Source: Promethearchaeum syntrophicum (GTDB lineage: Archaea; Asgardarchaeota; Lokiarchaeia; Sigyniarchaeales; Promethearchaeaceae). From it: a DNA stretch of 32,000 bases. The stretch spans positions 1,260,001 through 1,292,000 of the forward strand of contig NZ_CP042905.2 of NCBI RefSeq assembly GCF_008000775.2, read 5' to 3'. The notes beneath the pieces are model-generated. The model worked only from the letters and a program-made list of their open reading frames with translations. It was not told where the DNA came from and did not search any database. Positions within the stretch are counted from its first letter, which is position 1. Each line of letters starts with the position of its first letter. The position numbers were made by a program, and so were the translations under genes. This document shows positions 27,821-32,000 of the stretch, piece by piece.

Positions 27821-29167
27821 ATGAAAAACCAACAGACTATTAAAAAAAATATTAAAGAGTATGATATTGAGGTAGTGATCATTGGAGGGGGTCCTGCTGG
27901 ATTAGCCGCCGCATTAGCTGCTTGTGATGAAGGAGCTTCTGTTGCTATCTTAGAGAGAGATCATGAATTGGGCGGTATTTTACAACAATGTATTCATAAT
28001 GGATTTGGTCTTCGTTATTTCAAAGAAGAACTTACTGGACCTGAATATGCTCAAAGATTTATCAACAAAGTTCGTGAAAGCGGTATCAAAATATTTCTTA
28101 ATACAATGGTTCTGCAAATATCATCTAACAAAACTATAACTACTATAAACCCTGAGAATGGTGTGGTTCATGTTAACGCAAAATCAATTGTTCTTGGAAT
28201 GGGGTGTAGAGAAAGAACTAGAGGAGCAATTAATATTCCGGGGACACGGCCTGCGGGGATCTTTCCCGCTGGTCAAGCACAACGTTTTATTAATATAGAA
28301 GGTTATTTCCCCGGTAAAAGAGTATTGATTCTAGGTTCTGGAGATATAGGGATGATTATGGCTAGAAGGTGTATGATGGAAGGAATTAAAGTTGTTGCTG
28401 TTGCAGAAGTTCTACCTTATCCCAGTGGTCTTAAAAGAAATCAAGTTCAATGTCTTGATGATTATGGAATCCCTTTATATCTAAGACATACAATCATAGA
28501 TATTCGCGGTAAAGAAAGAGTTGAAGGAGTCACCATTGCAGAAATTGATGAAAAATGGAGGCCAATACCTGGAACAGAAAAAACTTGGGATGTAGATACA
28601 ATTCTCTTTTCTGTTGGACTAATCCCCGAGAATGAGCTTTCATCTAGTGCTGGATGCAAAATTGCAGGTAATGGAGGTCCAGAAGTAGATGAATTTCTAC
28701 AAACAACTGTTTCTGGTATATTTGCAGCGGGGAATGTTCTCCAAGTGCATGATTTGGTTGATTTTGTAACATTTGAAGCTGCAAGAGCTGGAGTAAATGC
28801 TGCTAAATATGCAAAAGGCATTTTTCCAATTAAAGAAGCCCAAAATGAATATATTTTTACTAAAACAGGGACAAACGTAGGATATGTTGTCCCCGAACGC
28901 ATCTGTGGATTAAAAAATTCCAAAGAACCCTATGAAATTGAATTCTCATTCCGTGTGAAAAATCCCAGACAGAATATTATAGTAGAAATTATTTCAAACG
29001 AAAAAATCATTTATAAGAGAAAACAGAAATTTGTTTTACCCTCAGAAATGATCCATCTTAAAACAAAACTCAATCCTATGGATGTAGGTGAAGATTTGAT
29101 AATAAATATCATTGAACAAGATAGTACAGTTAATGTTATTGAAAGGGAAATGTTGGAGGGTAGCTGA
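27821..29167 (+). CDS. FAD/NAD(P)-dependent oxidoreductase (pyridine nucleotide-disulfide family), partner of the GlpA-like protein, 448 aa
   Basis: EVVIIGGGPAGLAAALAACDEGASVAILERD; GCRERTRGAINIPGTRPAGIFPAGQAQRFIN; second nucleotide-binding motif VLILGSGDIGMIMARR; 12 bp after the upstream gene. Confidence 0.85.
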   Translation: MKNQQTIKKNIKEYDIEVVIIGGGPAGLAAALAACDEGASVAILERDHELGGILQQCIHNGFGLRYFKEELTGPEYAQRFINKVRESGIKIFLNTMVLQISSNKTITTINPENGVVHVNAKSIVLGMGCRERTRGAINIPGTRPAGIFPAGQAQRFINIEGYFPGKRVLILGSGDIGMIMARRCMMEGIKVVAVAEVLPYPSGLKRNQVQCLDDYGIPLYLRHTIIDIRGKERVEGVTIAEIDEKWRPIPGTEKTWDVDTILFSVGLIPENELSSSAGCKIAGNGGPEVDEFLQTTVSGIFAAGNVLQVHDLVDFVTFEAARAGVNAAKYAKGIFPIKEAQNEYIFTKTGTNVGYVVPERICGLKNSKEPYEIEFSFRVKNPRQNIIVEIISNEKIIYKRKQKFVLPSEMIHLKTKLNPMDVGEDLIINIIEQDSTVNVIEREMLEGS

Positions 29168-29168
29168 A

Positions 29169-29564
29169 ATGGATGAAAAGGAAAACAAAGAAGTGAATGA
29201 AAAAGAGATTATTTGTGTGGTCTGTCCAAATAGTTGTAGACTGAAAGTGTCTCAAGATCCTGACACTAAAGATATTACTGTAGAGGGAAATCTTTGCCCT
29301 CGTGGAAAAAAATACGGTATTTCCGAATATTCGAACCCAGTTCGCATGTTGATTACTACTATGAGGGTTGAAAAAGGAAAATTACCCGTAATTCCGGTTC
29401 GATCTACTGAACCTATCCCTAAATCTTTACTTCTTGATGCAGTAAAAATTGTAAATGACACTCATTGCTCTGCTCCTATAAAAATGGGTGATGTTCTTAT
29501 TGATAATATATTAAATACTAAGATTTCAGTGATTGCTTCAAGGGATATTGATGTGAAAAACTAA
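29169..29564 (+). CDS. DUF1667 family protein, ~131 aa
   Basis: CVVCPNSCRLKV...GNLCPRGKKYGISEYSNPVRMLITTMRVEKGKLPVIPVRSTEPIPK is characteristic. The ATG at 29169 fits better than the track start at 29112, which overlaps the upstream gene. Confidence 0.85.
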   Translation: MDEKENKEVNEKEIICVVCPNSCRLKVSQDPDTKDITVEGNLCPRGKKYGISEYSNPVRMLITTMRVEKGKLPVIPVRSTEPIPKSLLLDAVKIVNDTHCSAPIKMGDVLIDNILNTKISVIASRDIDVKN

Positions 29565-29604
29565 CAAATCTTCAATTAAAATTTATATAAAAAATTGGGG
29601 GAAT

Positions 29605-30795
29605 GTGAAATTGCATAGAGAAAAATTATTAGAAATGATCATTAATGAAGCTCACGATTGTGAATCATATTTAATCGAAATGCGAAGATATTTTCACATG
29701 CACCCAGAGACCATGTATGATGAAGAAAACACTGCTTCATATATAGAAAAAGAATTAACAAATATCGGTTTTTCCCCTGTTAGAGTTGCTGGTACGGGTA
29801 TTACAGCGATTTTAAAAGGAAATAATAAGGGAAAAACAATTGGGCTTAGGGCAGATATGGATGCATTAAATATTACTGAAAAAAATGAAAAATCATATGT
29901 CAGTAAAATACCCGGAAAAATGCATGCCTGTGGTCATGATGCTCATATGGCATGTCTTTTAGGGGCAGCCCGTATTTTATGGAAATTTAAAGATAATCTC
30001 ATCGGAAATGTCAAATTCATATTTCAACCTGCAGAAGAAGGTGGAGCAGGGGCTTATAAAATGATTAATGAAGGAGTACTTGATGACGTAGATGAAATTT
30101 TTGGTTTGCATGTATGGAGTCCTCTTGAATCGGGAAAAATTGGCTTATGTCCGGGACCAATAATGGCTTCCTCAGATATGTTCGAAATAACAATCAAAGG
30201 AAAAGGTGGTCATGCTGCTTTTCCTCATTTATGCATTGATCCAAGTGCGATAGTTCCTGATATCTATGATGCTTTCCAAAAAATATTAACACGTGAAATC
30301 GATCCCCTAGAGCCTACTGTAATTTCAATACCTGTCTTCAAGGGTAGTAATGCACATAATGTAATACCTTCGAAATTTACTCTTCAAGGAACTATTCGTA
30401 CTCTAAATCCTACAATTAGAAAATATATCATTAAGAGGATGCATGAAGTCCTAAAAGGATATGCAGAAGCATGGAGATGTAAGGCAAAATTAAAATTTAT
30501 TGAGCCTTCTTATCCCACTGTTATTAATGATGAAGAATTAACTGAAAAAATATCTGAATTATTAGATCCTTTAGGACCTATTACAAGCATTCCCCCAAGC
30601 ATGGGGGGAGAAGATTTCTCATTTTTTCAACAAAAAGTTAGAGGTGTTTTTCTATTTTTGGGGATTAAAAATATCGAAAAAGGAATATTAAATCCGCATC
30701 ATCACCCAAATTTTGATATCGATGAGGATATTCTATGGAAAGGTGCAGCCATCTATTCAATTTTGGGATTTAAAAATTTTAACGTTGATTTCTAG
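29605..30795 (+). CDS. M20-family amidohydrolase/carboxypeptidase (N-acyl amino acid hydrolase-like), 396 aa
   Basis: RRYFHMHPE, TIGLRADMDALNI, HACGHDAHMACLLGAA, FQPAEEGGAGA, GLHVWS, MGGEDFSFF; GTG start. Confidence 0.9.
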   Translation: MKLHREKLLEMIINEAHDCESYLIEMRRYFHMHPETMYDEENTASYIEKELTNIGFSPVRVAGTGITAILKGNNKGKTIGLRADMDALNITEKNEKSYVSKIPGKMHACGHDAHMACLLGAARILWKFKDNLIGNVKFIFQPAEEGGAGAYKMINEGVLDDVDEIFGLHVWSPLESGKIGLCPGPIMASSDMFEITIKGKGGHAAFPHLCIDPSAIVPDIYDAFQKILTREIDPLEPTVISIPVFKGSNAHNVIPSKFTLQGTIRTLNPTIRKYIIKRMHEVLKGYAEAWRCKAKLKFIEPSYPTVINDEELTEKISELLDPLGPITSIPPSMGGEDFSFFQQKVRGVFLFLGIKNIEKGILNPHHHPNFDIDEDILWKGAAIYSILGFKNFNVDF

Positions 30796-30849
30796 AAAAT
30801 ATTCAAAAATATCTAAAATTATCAAGAAAAATATTGAAAAAAAACTAAA

Positions 30850-32000
30850 TTATAGTAAATTCGGTTTTCGTTTTTGAATCTTCGTAGCGACTATACATAC
30901 TGCTGTAGAACTAAGTAATATTAATGGAATTATTGAATATCCGGGAAGTTCGAAAGGATCCTCCTCAAACCCCTTCTTAAATTCAACAAAAAGAGTATGA
31001 TCCGAATCTACATTTTCAAATGTATAATTATGCGGTGTTCCAATAATAGTTCCATCGATATTTACACTATCAACCATAAATCCCTCATCTGGAATGAATT
31101 TGAAAAATCTATCATCACCTTCCAATACTGAAATTTCACCTTCAGGATCAATAATACCATTATTGCTGCTGCTTGTATTAATTGTATAATAAATGAAATC
31201 TCCTCTAAAATCTAAATAGGGGTTCCTACCAAACCATTCTTCATGAGATCCAGTATAATAAACATTTGGTGTAGGATGAATTAAATTTTCCCCTAACATT
31301 TCATCCAAAATAGAATTAATTCTTAAACGTAATGTATCAGAACCCGTTTGTACTGGAATTCCAAATTCATCTTCTTTGAATACATCTTTAATAAATAATA
31401 ATTCAGAATCTTCTTCTTTAATTTCGCTTAATACAGCAAAATTTCCAAGAACAACATCTACTGTTCCGTACTTGAGAGCTTCAATTGCTAAAGTAATAGT
31501 AGAAAACCTCACTTTTTCAGCAACTATACCTTCGTCATCGATATACGATTCACCCGCTGTACCATCTTGAACACCAACAGAAACTAGAGTTGAATTAATA
31601 TCAGCAATCGACTCAATTCCTTTTGGATTATCATCATTAACCATTATTGCTAAAGCACTTCTATAATACCAACGTGAAAAGTCCATTTCACTCTCTCTTT
31701 CTGGTGTTATTGTGATGGCTGAAATCGCGCAATCAAATTCACCATTTTGTAAATCTGCAAAGATATTTGTCCAATATACATCTACCCATTCTATAGAAAC
31801 TCCAATATCATTAGCGATATATTGCATAATATCTGGATCAAAACCTTCAATTTCGTCAGTAACTGAATTTATTTGTTCAAAAGGTGGATATCCTACATCA
31901 ATTCCAACAACAATTTTTCCCGCATCAATCACATCTTGTAAACTAGAATCTTCTATAGGGGTTGCGGATGAGTCAGAAACAAAAAAAAATAAGAAGGGTA
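30850..32000 (-). CDS. Family-3 extracellular solute-binding protein with C-terminal TM anchor, N-terminus beyond window end
   Basis: GKIVVGIDVGYPPFEQI...IEGFDPDIMQYIANDIGV...NGEFDCAISAITITPERESEMDFSRWYY. The frame stays open to base 32000 (upstream residues ...PFLFFFVSDSSATPIEDSSLQD, likely the end of a signal peptide), so the track start at 31932 is not the real start. C-terminus LPGYSIIPLILLSSTAVCIVATKIQKRK. Confidence 0.85.
   Translation of the reverse strand, partial: PFLFFFVSDSSATPIEDSSLQDVIDAGKIVVGIDVGYPPFEQINSVTDEIEGFDPDIMQYIANDIGVSIEWVDVYWTNIFADLQNGEFDCAISAITITPERESEMDFSRWYYRSALAIMVNDDNPKGIESIADINSTLVSVGVQDGTAGESYIDDEGIVAEKVRFSTITLAIEALKYGTVDVVLGNFAVLSEIKEEDSELLFIKDVFKEDEFGIPVQTGSDTLRLRINSILDEMLGENLIHPTPNVYYTGSHEEWFGRNPYLDFRGDFIYYTINTSSSNNGIIDPEGEISVLEGDDRFFKFIPDEGFMVDSVNIDGTIIGTPHNYTFENVDSDHTLFVEFKKGFEEDPFELPGYSIIPLILLSSTAVCIVATKIQKRKPNLL

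Noticed and set aside
28462-28923. 153-aa minus-strand ORF
   Set aside because: Antisense to the FAD/NAD(P) oxidoreductase, with no recognisable motif.

Overview
AT-rich, almost fully coding window, most likely from an Asgard-type archaeon (inference from a Rag/Gtr-like GTPase with C-terminal winged-helix and longin/roadblock-like regions, an archaeal-type SepF, and membrane-anchored surface proteins). From left to right: (1) two paralogous CrtI/COG1233-type FAD oxidoreductases flanking an MFS/GPH-type transporter; (2) a short SepF-like protein divergent from a metallophosphoesterase; (3) a 16-kb tightly packed minus-strand operon with a LolD/MacB-type ABC ATPase, two paralogous ~1000-aa FtsX/MacB-type permeases, a 1324-aa secreted, membrane-anchored repeat protein and a 1651-aa membrane-anchored subtilisin-like protease with predicted cytosolic zinc ribbons, which is the best candidate for an undescribed system; (4) the Rag-like GTPase immediately upstream on the same strand, plus a 175-aa unknown; (5) a malic enzyme divergent from a cluster of GlpA-like FAD dehydrogenase, FAD/NAD(P) oxidoreductase, DUF1667 protein and M20 amidohydrolase; (6) a family-3 solute-binding protein with a C-terminal membrane anchor, truncated by the window end. 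No tRNA, rRNA, CRISPR array or mobile element was recognised. All family calls were made by reading motifs, without database searches.
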